A DNA stretch of 32,000 bases from Copranaerobaculum intestinale (GTDB taxonomy: Bacteria > Bacillota_I > Bacilli_A > Erysipelotrichales > Erysipelotrichaceae). This document shows positions 15,864 to 24,907 of this stretch, one piece after another (position 1 is the stretch's first letter; every line of letters starts with the position of its first letter). The position numbers and the translations under genes are program-made. Under the pieces are notes generated by a model that was not told where the DNA came from, did no database searches, and saw only the letters and a list, made by a program, of their open reading frames with translations. The stretch lies in NCBI RefSeq assembly GCF_009831105.1, contig NZ_WUUQ01000001.1, positions 660,001-692,000 of the forward strand, written 5' to 3'.

Positions 15864-16066
15864 ATGCATACATTTAATAAAGCTTTCATTTTTAGAATAA
15901 AAAAACATATTCTATACTTTATAAACATATGTTGAAAAGCTTTCTAAAAATCCAATAATATTGTATACTAAAGCCGTATCTTAAATCATATTCAACTGGG
16001 AATGAACTATTCTTGGTTATTAATATGAGGAGATTCTTTTTGCAAGATTATAAAGGAGAAATATAT

Positions 16067-17197
16067 ATGAAATTTTTTGGAATTATTAGCTATAATATAC
16101 ATTGCAACTTCACTAATTATGGATCTGCTTTACAATCCTGGGCAATGAGTAAGGCTATTGATAAAATAGGAAACGGTAGATGGGAATCTAAACTAATCGA
16201 TTACTGCCCTGAAATTTTAAAGGACAAGGATCCACTGAATCCTATGGATCATATGTGGGATTCCAATGAAGAAGCGAGAATGATGTGTGAATTAAGTTTG
16301 CCTGCCATACGAATAAATTATAAAAAATTTGATCATTTTTATCATCATGAATTCAAAAGATCAAAGAAAAAGTACACGAAAGCTAATTTCAATGATGTCG
16401 TTGAAGAAGAAGAGCTAATAGGTTTTGTATGTGGCAGTGATACCATTTTTTGCATAGATGAATTTGGTTTTGACGATGGTTTTTATGCCAATTATCCATG
16501 TATGAAAAATGGTTATAGTGTTGCATTTGCAGCTAGTTTTGGAGATCCTCATTTTTCAAAACAGGATTATAATGTTTTGAATCAAAGACTTCAAAATTTT
16601 AAAGCGATTGGTTTGCGGGAGAAAGCAATGCTGAATTACGTACGTGAGCATACATCAATACCTGTAGAAAAAGTTATTGATCCAACTCTATTATTGGAAC
16701 CAAGTGATTATGATGTAATCACTGATAATCGACAAGAAAATGATAAATATCTGCTGCTTTATGCAAGAAGGTATAATAAAGCAATGGAAGACTATGCTGT
16801 TAAATTAGCTGAACAAAATGGCTGGAAAATTATAGAAATCAGTTTGCGTGCAGTGAATAGCCAGAAACATAAAATGTTTTATGAAGCTGGTGTTCAGGAA
16901 TTCTTGTCCTTGGTAAAATATGCTGAATGTGTAATTACAAATTCTTATCATGGCATGATTTTCAGTGTCCAGTTCAAAAAACCGTTCTATGTATTTTCAC
17001 GAGAACAGTGTGATACAAAAATTGAAGAATTATTGGAATTGTTTGGGATTAAAGATCGTCTGTTGGTAACTGGTGATGAAGGAACAGCGAATGAAATTGA
17101 TTACTCAGATGTACATGCAAGAATTGCACAAGCTCGTAGCAAAGCGCTTGAATTTATGAATTATGAATTGGAGAACGGTTATCAAGGTGAGCAGTAA
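16067..17197 (+). CDS. Polysaccharide pyruvyl transferase family protein
   Basis: The N-terminus MKFFGIISYNIHCNFTNYGSALQSWAM is typical of the PS_pyruv_trans family. An AAAGGAGAA RBS precedes the ATG at 16067, so the longer start at 16013 was rejected. Confidence 0.75.
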   Translation: MKFFGIISYNIHCNFTNYGSALQSWAMSKAIDKIGNGRWESKLIDYCPEILKDKDPLNPMDHMWDSNEEARMMCELSLPAIRINYKKFDHFYHHEFKRSKKKYTKANFNDVVEEEELIGFVCGSDTIFCIDEFGFDDGFYANYPCMKNGYSVAFAASFGDPHFSKQDYNVLNQRLQNFKAIGLREKAMLNYVREHTSIPVEKVIDPTLLLEPSDYDVITDNRQENDKYLLLYARRYNKAMEDYAVKLAEQNGWKIIEISLRAVNSQKHKMFYEAGVQEFLSLVKYAECVITNSYHGMIFSVQFKKPFYVFSREQCDTKIEELLELFGIKDRLLVTGDEGTANEIDYSDVHARIAQARSKALEFMNYELENGYQGEQ

Positions 17198-18393
17198 TGA
17201 ATGGTTATTTGTTTGATCATGAAAAAGTAAAGTGCTTTGGCTGTGAGGCATGTGTCCAGATTTGCGGTCATTCTGCTATAGAAATGATAACGGACAAGGA
17301 AGGTTTTCGCTATCCACATATTAATAATGAAAAATGCATACATTGTAATCTATGTCACAAAGTATGTCCATATGAAAATATGCCTTCTAAAAATAGAGAT
17401 GAAAAAATAGCTTTTGGTGGATTTTTAAAGGATAAGCACATAAAGGAAGACAGCACTTCTGGAGGAGCTTTCAGTGCGATCGTTAAAGCTTGGCATAAAA
17501 CAGGCTATGTAGTTTTCGGAGCAGAGGCACATGGATTACGTGTAAATCATTCTTTTTCATTTACTGTCGAAGATACAGCAAGATTTCGCAAGTCTAAATA
17601 TTCGCAAAGCTCTATGAATGATATGTATAAGAAAGTACGTGAATTTTTGTTGGATAAACAAAATGTTTTGTTTTCAGGAACTCCCTGTCAAATTGCTGGT
17701 CTAAAGAGTTTTTTGATGAATATTGATCAAACGAACTTGACAACTGTTGAGGTGATCTGTGAAGGTGTACCCTCACCTCTTTATATGAAGAAAATGAATT
17801 CAGATATTAAGAAAACGTATGGAAATGAAATCTCATTCGTAGATTATCGATATAAAGATAAGAATAAGTGGGATTTTGAGGTAATGATGCTAGAACTTGA
17901 AAATGGGAAGCGATTCAAAAAGGATCGATGGTTTAATCCTTATTGGTCAATTTGGCTCAGTCATCTTATGAATCGGCCATCATGTTATCACTGTCCTTTT
18001 ACATCTCCTGATCGGCTTGCAGATATAACATTAGGAGACTTATGGGGCGTGCATATTTATTGTCCTGATTTATACGGGAATAATGAAGGAGCATCTCTAA
18101 TTTTAGCAAATACTTCAAAAGGCAGGGAGCTTTTGGAAAATTCGAAAAAATACTTATACGGACATGAATTGGATTTTGACACTGCACTAAAATACCAGTC
18201 ACCATTAAGAAAGAATATTGAATACAATCCTGCCCGTGAATTATTCATGAAAGATTTAATGAATGACGAATTGAATTACCGTCAAATTGTAAAAAAATGG
18301 GCTCAAAAGCCCTCTATTAAATTATTATTCCAAAAATATATATGGGGAAACCGCCAAAAAGTATTCATATGGAATTTAAAAAATCGAAAATAA
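17197..18393 (+). CDS. 4Fe-4S ferredoxin domain / coenzyme F420 hydrogenase beta-subunit (FrhB)-like protein
   Basis: Two CxxCxxCxxxCP-type clusters (CFGCEACVQICGH, CIHCNLCHKVCPY), then an FrhB_C-like region. It overlaps the pyruvyl transferase stop (TAATG). This pairing is common in polysaccharide loci. Confidence 0.75.
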   Translation: MNGYLFDHEKVKCFGCEACVQICGHSAIEMITDKEGFRYPHINNEKCIHCNLCHKVCPYENMPSKNRDEKIAFGGFLKDKHIKEDSTSGGAFSAIVKAWHKTGYVVFGAEAHGLRVNHSFSFTVEDTARFRKSKYSQSSMNDMYKKVREFLLDKQNVLFSGTPCQIAGLKSFLMNIDQTNLTTVEVICEGVPSPLYMKKMNSDIKKTYGNEISFVDYRYKDKNKWDFEVMMLELENGKRFKKDRWFNPYWSIWLSHLMNRPSCYHCPFTSPDRLADITLGDLWGVHIYCPDLYGNNEGASLILANTSKGRELLENSKKYLYGHELDFDTALKYQSPLRKNIEYNPARELFMKDLMNDELNYRQIVKKWAQKPSIKLLFQKYIWGNRQKVFIWNLKNRK

Positions 18394-18407
18394 AACGGGA
18401 GGACTAT

Positions 18408-19481
18408 ATGTTGAATTTCACAGTAGGACCAGTTACAAGCGATGAGAGTATTCAGAAAGTAGGATATGAACAAGTACCATATTTTCGGACACCTGAATTC
18501 TCAGAAATTATGCTGGAGAATGAGAGATTGATAAAAAAATACGCATATGCTTCTGAAGATTCAAGAGCTGTTTTTCTGACGGGATCAGGCACTGCGGCCA
18601 TGGAAGCAGCCGTAATGAATACTCTATCTGAAGCGGATAAAGTATTAATTATTAACGGTGGATCTTTTGGGCAGAGATTTTGTGACTTATGTCAACTGCA
18701 TCAAATTCCTTTTACAGAATTAACAATTCCATATGGAAGAAGGTTAACGGAGGAGCGTTTGAGTGCTTTTGAAAATATGGGTTATACTGCCTTATTGGTC
18801 AATATGCATGAAACCTCTACCGGTGTACTTTACGATATGGAGATGCTCAGTAATTTCTGTCGGAAAAATCATTTGTTTTTTATCGTAGATGCGATCAGTT
18901 CTTTTTTAGCTGATCCAATTAATATGGATGAACAGAAAATCGATGTTCTTATAACTGGATCGCAAAAGGCTTTGGCTTGTCCTCCGGGTGTATCAGTTCT
19001 TGTGTTATCCAAAAGAGCGCAGAAACGTATTGAAGTAATTGAAAGTAAAAGCTTTTACTTAGATTTGAAATCCGCTCTAAAGAATGCGGAACGAGGTCAA
19101 ACACCTTTTACTCCGGCAGTTGGTATCCTTAGACAGATTCATACACGATTAAAGAACATTGAAATGAATGGTGGGGTTGATTCGGAAATTGCTCGTACAC
19201 AAAAATTAGCAGAAGACTTCCGGTCGAAAATAGAAAATCTGCCTTTTGAAATTTTTAGTGAATCTTTGTCAAACGCAGTTACACCACTGCATCCGTTAAC
19301 TGCATCTGCAACAAATATATTTAAAGTTTTGAAAGATGAGTATCAAATATGGGTTTGTCCAAATGGAGGCGATTTATCCGAAAAAGTGTTCAGAATCGGT
19401 CATTTGGGAGCACTGAATGAAAAAGATAATCAAACCCTCATCAATGCATTTTTGGATATGCAGAAAAGAAAGATAATTTAG
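18408..19481 (+). CDS. Class V (AGXT/PhnW-like) PLP-dependent aminotransferase
   Basis: MLNFTVGPV..., GSGTAAMEAAV, DAISSF, and the TGSQKAL PLP-lysine motif. A GGGAGG RBS precedes the ATG at 18408, so the 18342 start was rejected. Confidence 0.85.
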   Translation: MLNFTVGPVTSDESIQKVGYEQVPYFRTPEFSEIMLENERLIKKYAYASEDSRAVFLTGSGTAAMEAAVMNTLSEADKVLIINGGSFGQRFCDLCQLHQIPFTELTIPYGRRLTEERLSAFENMGYTALLVNMHETSTGVLYDMEMLSNFCRKNHLFFIVDAISSFLADPINMDEQKIDVLITGSQKALACPPGVSVLVLSKRAQKRIEVIESKSFYLDLKSALKNAERGQTPFTPAVGILRQIHTRLKNIEMNGGVDSEIARTQKLAEDFRSKIENLPFEIFSESLSNAVTPLHPLTASATNIFKVLKDEYQIWVCPNGGDLSEKVFRIGHLGALNEKDNQTLINAFLDMQKRKII

Positions 19482-19489
19482 GGAAGCAT

Positions 19490-20839
19490 ATGAAAAAAGT
19501 AATAACTTATGGAACTTATGATCTGTTACACTATGGACATATCCGGCTATTGGAACGTGCGAAGGCTTTAGGTGATTATTTGATTGTTGGTGTGACCGCA
19601 GATGATTTTGATAAAACTCGAGGAAAAATAAATGTTCAGCAATCCTTGATTGAAAGGATTGAATCCGTATATGCAACTGGGTTGGCTGATGAAATTATTG
19701 TTGAAGAGTATGAGGGACAAAAAATAGATGATATCATCCGTCATGAAATTGATATATTTACTGTAGGATCCGATTGGGTTGGGAAATTTGACTATTTAAA
19801 TGAGTATTGTGAGGTAGTTTATTTAGATCGTACGGAAGGTATATCTAGTTCAGAACTTAGATCAGATAAAAGAGAATTGAAACTTGGTATCATTGGAGAA
19901 AAAAATCTCTTAACGAAAATTGTCAGAGAATGTAAATTCGTAAACGGAATTGATATTATTGGTATTTGCGGTGAGGAAATAACTTTAGCTGATTTTCATC
20001 TAAATGATGATACGTTTATTACTGATGATTTTGATAGCTTACTGGATCGCTGCGATGCGGTGTATATAGCATCTCATCCAGAAACTCATTATGTATATGC
20101 TAAGAAGGCGCTTTCACTAGGTAAACATGTTTTATGTGAATCTCCAATATCACTGAAAAAAGAAGAAGCGCAAGAATTATTCGCACTTGCTGAAGCTGAA
20201 AACTGTATATTTATGGAATCGTTGAAAACCGCGTATTCTACCGCTTATTCACGGCTTTGTTTATTGGCGAAGACAGGCATAATTGGACAATTGGTTTCGA
20301 TTGAAGCTACTTGTACTAGTCTACGGGAAATCGATAATCTTGATGAAAAGAGTTTAAAAAATACATGGAACAGCATGTGTTCTTGGGGTCCTACAGCTAT
20401 GCTGCCGATTTTTCAGTTACTGGGAACTGAATATTCCTATAAAAATGTTGTTTCCAATTTGGTAAATGAGAAACTAATGTTTGATCGTTTTACAAAAATT
20501 GATTATATATATCCGACTGCAGTTGCTTCTATAAAGGTTGCAAAGGGTATCAAATCAGAGGGTGAGCTGATCATATCCGGAACAAAAGGATATATCTATG
20601 TACCAGCACCTTGGTGGAAAACGGATTACTTTGAAATTCGATTTGAAGATTCCACAAATAATAAACGTTATTTTTATCAATTAGATGGAGAGGGAATACG
20701 TTACCAGTTAGTTGCGTTTATTAAATCGGTTGAGAAATCAAAGAGCTATTCGTGCATCAGCAAGAGAATATCTATGCAGATTGCAAATGAATTAGAAGAT
20801 TTCTACATACAAAAGTTGAATAAAATCAATATTAATTGA
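19490..20839 (+). CDS. Fusion protein: TagD-type cytidylyltransferase (N-terminal) + Gfo/Idh/MocA-like oxidoreductase (C-terminal)
   Basis: The N-terminus VITYGTYDLLHYGHIRLLERAKALGDYLIVGV carries the HxGH signature and resembles glycerol-3-phosphate cytidylyltransferase, with SSSELR near residue 120. From about residue 130, a KLGIIGEKNLL Rossmann start and a downstream EKP-like CESPIS segment are typical of Gfo/Idh/MocA. Confidence 0.75.
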   Translation: MKKVITYGTYDLLHYGHIRLLERAKALGDYLIVGVTADDFDKTRGKINVQQSLIERIESVYATGLADEIIVEEYEGQKIDDIIRHEIDIFTVGSDWVGKFDYLNEYCEVVYLDRTEGISSSELRSDKRELKLGIIGEKNLLTKIVRECKFVNGIDIIGICGEEITLADFHLNDDTFITDDFDSLLDRCDAVYIASHPETHYVYAKKALSLGKHVLCESPISLKKEEAQELFALAEAENCIFMESLKTAYSTAYSRLCLLAKTGIIGQLVSIEATCTSLREIDNLDEKSLKNTWNSMCSWGPTAMLPIFQLLGTEYSYKNVVSNLVNEKLMFDRFTKIDYIYPTAVASIKVAKGIKSEGELIISGTKGYIYVPAPWWKTDYFEIRFEDSTNNKRYFYQLDGEGIRYQLVAFIKSVEKSKSYSCISKRISMQIANELEDFYIQKLNKININ

Positions 20840-20880
20840 TCCAATAAAGCGTATGTTCATGCTTTTTGAAAAGTAACTTG

Positions 20881-20920
20881 AAAAGGCGTATCAGATTGAA
20901 TGATCGCCTTTTTGTTTATT
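20881..20920 (+). terminator. Intrinsic terminator splitting the polysaccharide locus into two transcription units
   Basis: AAAGGCGtATCA-gattgaa-TGATCGCCTTT followed by TTGTTTATT. Confidence 0.75.
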
Positions 20921-21074
20921 GGTAATCCTTTCAATAAAGGCGATCATGAAAAAGTCTGCAGCATCTAAAAATGAATGATTATTTAATGTGATTTGGCAGA
21001 TAGATATGTTAGGGAAAGTTTAAGTGTATTCTTTTGAATCATGTTATAATAGATATAAATTGAAGAGAGGATGA

Positions 21075-21551
21075 TTGCATTTGAAGAAAATTATCTTTAT
21101 TAGCAGTACAGGTGGCCATTTATCAGAACTGCTGCAATTACATACACTGTTCGATCATTATGATTATCATCTTATAACGGAGTACACAAAATCAAATATT
21201 CCGCTTAAAGATATTTATAAAAAAAAGATGAGCTTTCTAATGTACGGCACTAAGCATAATTTACTGACATATTTATTCATTTTTCCTATAAATTGTATCA
21301 GGAGTTTATATCTGTATTTTAAATTAAAACCTGATGTTATTATATCAACTGGTGCTCATACAGCTGTACCTATGTGTTTTATAGCTCACTTTTTTAAAAA
21401 GAAAGTTATTTTCATTGAAACCTTTGCTAATATCCATACTAAAACATTATCGGGTAGATTTATTTATCCAATAGCAGATTGTTTCATTGTTCAATGGGAA
21501 AGCATGCTCGAATTATACCCTAAGGCTATTTACTTAGGATGGATATTTTAG
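21075..21551 (+). CDS. Alg14-like membrane subunit of a split glycosyltransferase (PssD/Cps14F family)
   Basis: IIFISSTGGHLSELLQL...KPDVIISTGAHTAVP...IFIETFANI...ADCFIVQWE...YPKAIYLGWIF. Non-ATG start (TTG at 21075 or 21081) after GAAGAGAGG. Confidence 0.8.
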   Translation: MHLKKIIFISSTGGHLSELLQLHTLFDHYDYHLITEYTKSNIPLKDIYKKKMSFLMYGTKHNLLTYLFIFPINCIRSLYLYFKLKPDVIISTGAHTAVPMCFIAHFFKKKVIFIETFANIHTKTLSGRFIYPIADCFIVQWESMLELYPKAIYLGWIF

Positions 21552-21562
21552 GAGTTTAATCT

Positions 21563-22042
21563 ATGATTTTTGTTATATTAGGGACACAAGATAAAGGTTT
21601 TGTGCGATTACTTGAAGAAATCGATCGATTAATAAATGATGGAGTAATATCTGATTCAGTCATAGCCCAGATAGGCCATACAAAATACTATTCAGAAAAT
21701 ATGAAGTTGATGGACTTTATTGGTATCGATCAATTTAATGACTATATAAAATCGGCAGATTTAATTATTACCCATGGGGGAGTTGGAGCAATTTTAAATG
21801 CTCTTCTACAACATAAAAAGGTAATTGCGGTGCCTAGAAGAGTTGAATTTAATGAACATGAAAATGATCATCAGATAGAAATTGTTCAGGAATTTAAAAA
21901 TTACGGTTATATTCAGGGTACCCTCTCTGTAAATGGATTGAAAGAAGAAATAATGAAAAATAATGAATTTACACCTAAACCATATAAGGCAAATAATCAA
22001 TTTTTCTGCGATCAATTAGCAGAAATAATTGAGCGCATTTAG
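21563..22042 (+). CDS. Alg13-like catalytic subunit of a split glycosyltransferase (PssE/Cps14G family, GT28 C-terminal domain)
   Basis: MIFVILGTQDKGF...ADLIITHGGVGAILNAL...VIAVPR...NDHQIEIVQEF. Confidence 0.85.
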   Translation: MIFVILGTQDKGFVRLLEEIDRLINDGVISDSVIAQIGHTKYYSENMKLMDFIGIDQFNDYIKSADLIITHGGVGAILNALLQHKKVIAVPRRVEFNEHENDHQIEIVQEFKNYGYIQGTLSVNGLKEEIMKNNEFTPKPYKANNQFFCDQLAEIIERI

Positions 22043-22058
22043 TTGAAAGGAATTGTGT

Positions 22059-22940
22059 ATGAATACATATAAAATGTGTTTTCTTATTTTACACTATAAT
22101 GTGATAGATGAAACAATGAATTGTATCGCATCGATAAAAAAATTAGTGGATACTGATAATTATGCGATCGTTGTAGTTGATAATGGTTCTCCAAACGGTA
22201 CCGGAATTCAATTAAAAGAGCATTTTTGCGAAGATAATCGAGTTACAGTATTGTTGTCAGAAACTAATTTAGGATTTGCCAGAGGTAATAATATTGGATT
22301 TCAATATTGCAAAAATCAATTAAAGGCTGATTTTATCTGTGCTTTGAATAATGATACTGAAATGATTCAAGATGATTTTTGTGAAATAGTCTATCATAAT
22401 TATGAAGAAAGTCATTTTGCAGTAATGGGACCTTTAATTTGTCTGCCGAATAACGATTTTTACAAAGTTGAGTATAGAATACCTACAAGAAAAACAGTTA
22501 TATATGATTTATATAAGCAGAGACTACTTGTGATATTAAATTATTTCTTTATTCGGAATATGATCATGTTTTTTCTTGATCGTAGGCATGATAGAAAAGT
22601 TAGGAATAAGGAATTTGATCCTGGAATATTTAAAGTACATAAGGGCATTTTATTAAATGGGTGCTGTTTAGTATTTTCTCCCGAATATATAAAGAATTTC
22701 GATGGTTTTAATGATCGCACTTTTATGTACCGAGAAGAGGAATTTTTGTTTTTCCAATGTCAGGCCAAGTCACTCAAAATGATTTATAATCCAAACCTTA
22801 AAATACTTCATTATGAAGATGCTTCTACCAATCAGGCATTTAAAAAATCCCGTAAAAAGAATCAGTTTTTTTACAAGCACAGTATTAATTCTTTAAAGGA
22901 AATTTTAAAATATTTGGATGAGCAGCAGGATAGAAAGTAG
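22059..22940 (+). CDS. Glycosyltransferase family 2 (rhamnosyltransferase-like)
   Basis: FLILHYN...VVVDNGSPNGTG...NLGFARGNNIGF...LNNDTE. The ATG at 22059 lies 8 nt after a GAAAGG RBS. An in-frame TTG at 22053 is the alternative start. Confidence 0.8.
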   Translation: MNTYKMCFLILHYNVIDETMNCIASIKKLVDTDNYAIVVVDNGSPNGTGIQLKEHFCEDNRVTVLLSETNLGFARGNNIGFQYCKNQLKADFICALNNDTEMIQDDFCEIVYHNYEESHFAVMGPLICLPNNDFYKVEYRIPTRKTVIYDLYKQRLLVILNYFFIRNMIMFFLDRRHDRKVRNKEFDPGIFKVHKGILLNGCCLVFSPEYIKNFDGFNDRTFMYREEEFLFFQCQAKSLKMIYNPNLKILHYEDASTNQAFKKSRKKNQFFYKHSINSLKEILKYLDEQQDRK

Positions 22941-22950
22941 AGATCGATGA

Positions 22951-23916
22951 ATGAAAATTTCTGTGGTTTTATGTACATATAATGGCGAAAAATATATAGA
23001 GAAACAACTAAAGAGTATTTGCAGCCAAATTATTTCAGTTGATGAATTGATCATATCAGATGATTTTTCACAGGATAACACGCTTCTTATCGCTGAACAA
23101 TTTTTGTGTCAACAGAGCATCTCATATAGAATTGTTAAGAATTCAAATAGAGGCGTGTGCAATAATTTTTTAAATGCACTGAAATTGACCAAGGGGGATA
23201 TCATTTTTTTCAGCGATCAGGATGATATTTGGATGTCAAATAAAACTGAAGTTATTATGTCTTATTTTCAAAAAGATGATCATGTCAGTTTAGTTTGTAC
23301 AAATGCTGTCTTGATTGACAATGATAAAAATGTGCTGGGTGATTTATATTCATCAATAGGATTTAATCAAACGCAAGATCAAGATGATATTTTTCACAGA
23401 GTATTGAAAAAGCCCTTTGTTACAGGGGCCACAATGGCAATACGAAGGGAACTTTACGAAAAGGCACTACCTTTTTCAAAGCATATGCTGCATGATCAAT
23501 GGTTGTCTTATATTGCTGCTTGTGATAATGGAATATATATTTCATCGGAAAAACTAATTTATTATCGACAGCATGGAGAAAATCTAGTCGGAGTGGATAA
23601 AGGTATCTGTGAACGTTTTGTAAAATTGAAAAGGAGAATTTCATGTGGTAAAGTAGATAACTACGGAGAACGTCTATTATTTGGTTATTTAGATTTAAAA
23701 CAATATTTAATAGCTCATAATGCGGATAGAAATTATCAAACTTTAGTCGATGATTTTATTGAATTTTGGAAAATCAGAACTGAGTTTAAAACGATGTCAC
23801 TCTTTGATGTGCGTCAAGTTATAAAGAAATCAAAAAAAGATTATTGTAAATATTCAACAACCATGAATCCTGCATATGAATATTTGAAATATTTTTTGCT
23901 TAAATTTATGAAGTAG
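22951..23916 (+). CDS. Glycosyltransferase family 2
   Basis: MKISVVLCTYNGEKYIEKQL...ISDDFSQDNT...FFSDQDDIW... Confidence 0.85.
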   Translation: MKISVVLCTYNGEKYIEKQLKSICSQIISVDELIISDDFSQDNTLLIAEQFLCQQSISYRIVKNSNRGVCNNFLNALKLTKGDIIFFSDQDDIWMSNKTEVIMSYFQKDDHVSLVCTNAVLIDNDKNVLGDLYSSIGFNQTQDQDDIFHRVLKKPFVTGATMAIRRELYEKALPFSKHMLHDQWLSYIAACDNGIYISSEKLIYYRQHGENLVGVDKGICERFVKLKRRISCGKVDNYGERLLFGYLDLKQYLIAHNADRNYQTLVDDFIEFWKIRTEFKTMSLFDVRQVIKKSKKDYCKYSTTMNPAYEYLKYFLLKFMK

Positions 23917-23928
23917 AAAGGATTATTT

Positions 23929-24891
23929 ATGAAAATATCAGTTGTTGTGACAACCTATAACGGAGAACATTATATTTATGAGCAATTGGAAAGCTTAAGA
24001 AAACAAACGTATGATCTTGATGAAGTAATAATCTTGGATGATCTGTCTCATGATCATACAGTTCCCATTATAGAAACTTATATTAGTGATCACGATCTTC
24101 CTTGGATGCTAATTAAAAATAGCGTCAATATAGGATATAGAAAAAATTTTACAAAAGGCCTTCAAATGGTCAGCGGTGATATAATTTTTCTTTGTGACCA
24201 GGATGATATCTGGAATCAGGAAAAGGTTGAGGAAGTTGTTCAATTCTTTCAACATGATGAAATTTTGATGATAAGTCACAGCTTTTCGTTTATAGATGAA
24301 AATGGAAAAGGTTTTGAAGTAAAACAGCATGCTGATAAGAGTAATCATGGTTTATTGGATATTAAAGTAGATGAAAATGATTGCATTTCAGTGCCGCTGA
24401 GCATACTAATGAAGAAAAATATAAGTCAGGGATGCTGTATGGCCATGCGTTCTGCAATTGTAAAGAAATACGTAAAATTGACAGAGAATATGCTTCCACA
24501 TGATTGGGAGCTTGCCCTTCTGGCTGCTGGACAAAATGGTTTTTATTTTTATAATCGGTCTTTGATTCATTATCGGATTCATTCCAATAATGCGATTGGT
24601 TTAAATTATGTAATTGACGGAAAAGCACAGGAATCAAAAAAATATCGTGTAGAAAATAGAGCAAAAGTGTTAAAGGAAGAAAAGAAAGCGCTTGATTTTC
24701 TATTGAAAGATAGAGACTTGTATACTCATAATAAAAAAGAAGCTCTTGAGAGATTTGAATTTATGAAGTTAAGAGTGGAGTGTGTAGAACAACGGAAATT
24801 CTTTCGGTTAATTCGAAGAGGACTTTTTACACACTTAATAAAATATTACTCTGTTACATCCTTTTTCGGAGATGTTCTAGCAATTTTATAA
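23929..24891 (+). CDS. Glycosyltransferase family 2 (paralog of the preceding gene)
   Basis: MKISVVVTTYNGEHYIYEQL...LDDLSHDHT...FLCDQDDIW..., colinear with 22951-23916. Confidence 0.85.
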   Translation: MKISVVVTTYNGEHYIYEQLESLRKQTYDLDEVIILDDLSHDHTVPIIETYISDHDLPWMLIKNSVNIGYRKNFTKGLQMVSGDIIFLCDQDDIWNQEKVEEVVQFFQHDEILMISHSFSFIDENGKGFEVKQHADKSNHGLLDIKVDENDCISVPLSILMKKNISQGCCMAMRSAIVKKYVKLTENMLPHDWELALLAAGQNGFYFYNRSLIHYRIHSNNAIGLNYVIDGKAQESKKYRVENRAKVLKEEKKALDFLLKDRDLYTHNKKEALERFEFMKLRVECVEQRKFFRLIRRGLFTHLIKYYSVTSFFGDVLAIL

Positions 24892-24907
24892 AAAATAAGG
24901 ATTGTAT

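Noticed and set aside
16013-16066. Longer upstream starts offered by the ORF track for the pyruvyl transferase (16013), the aminotransferase (18342) and the GT2 at 30088
   Set aside because: In each case an internal ATG follows a strong GGAG-type RBS at proper spacing and matches the family N-terminus. The extensions overlap the preceding gene or lack an RBS.
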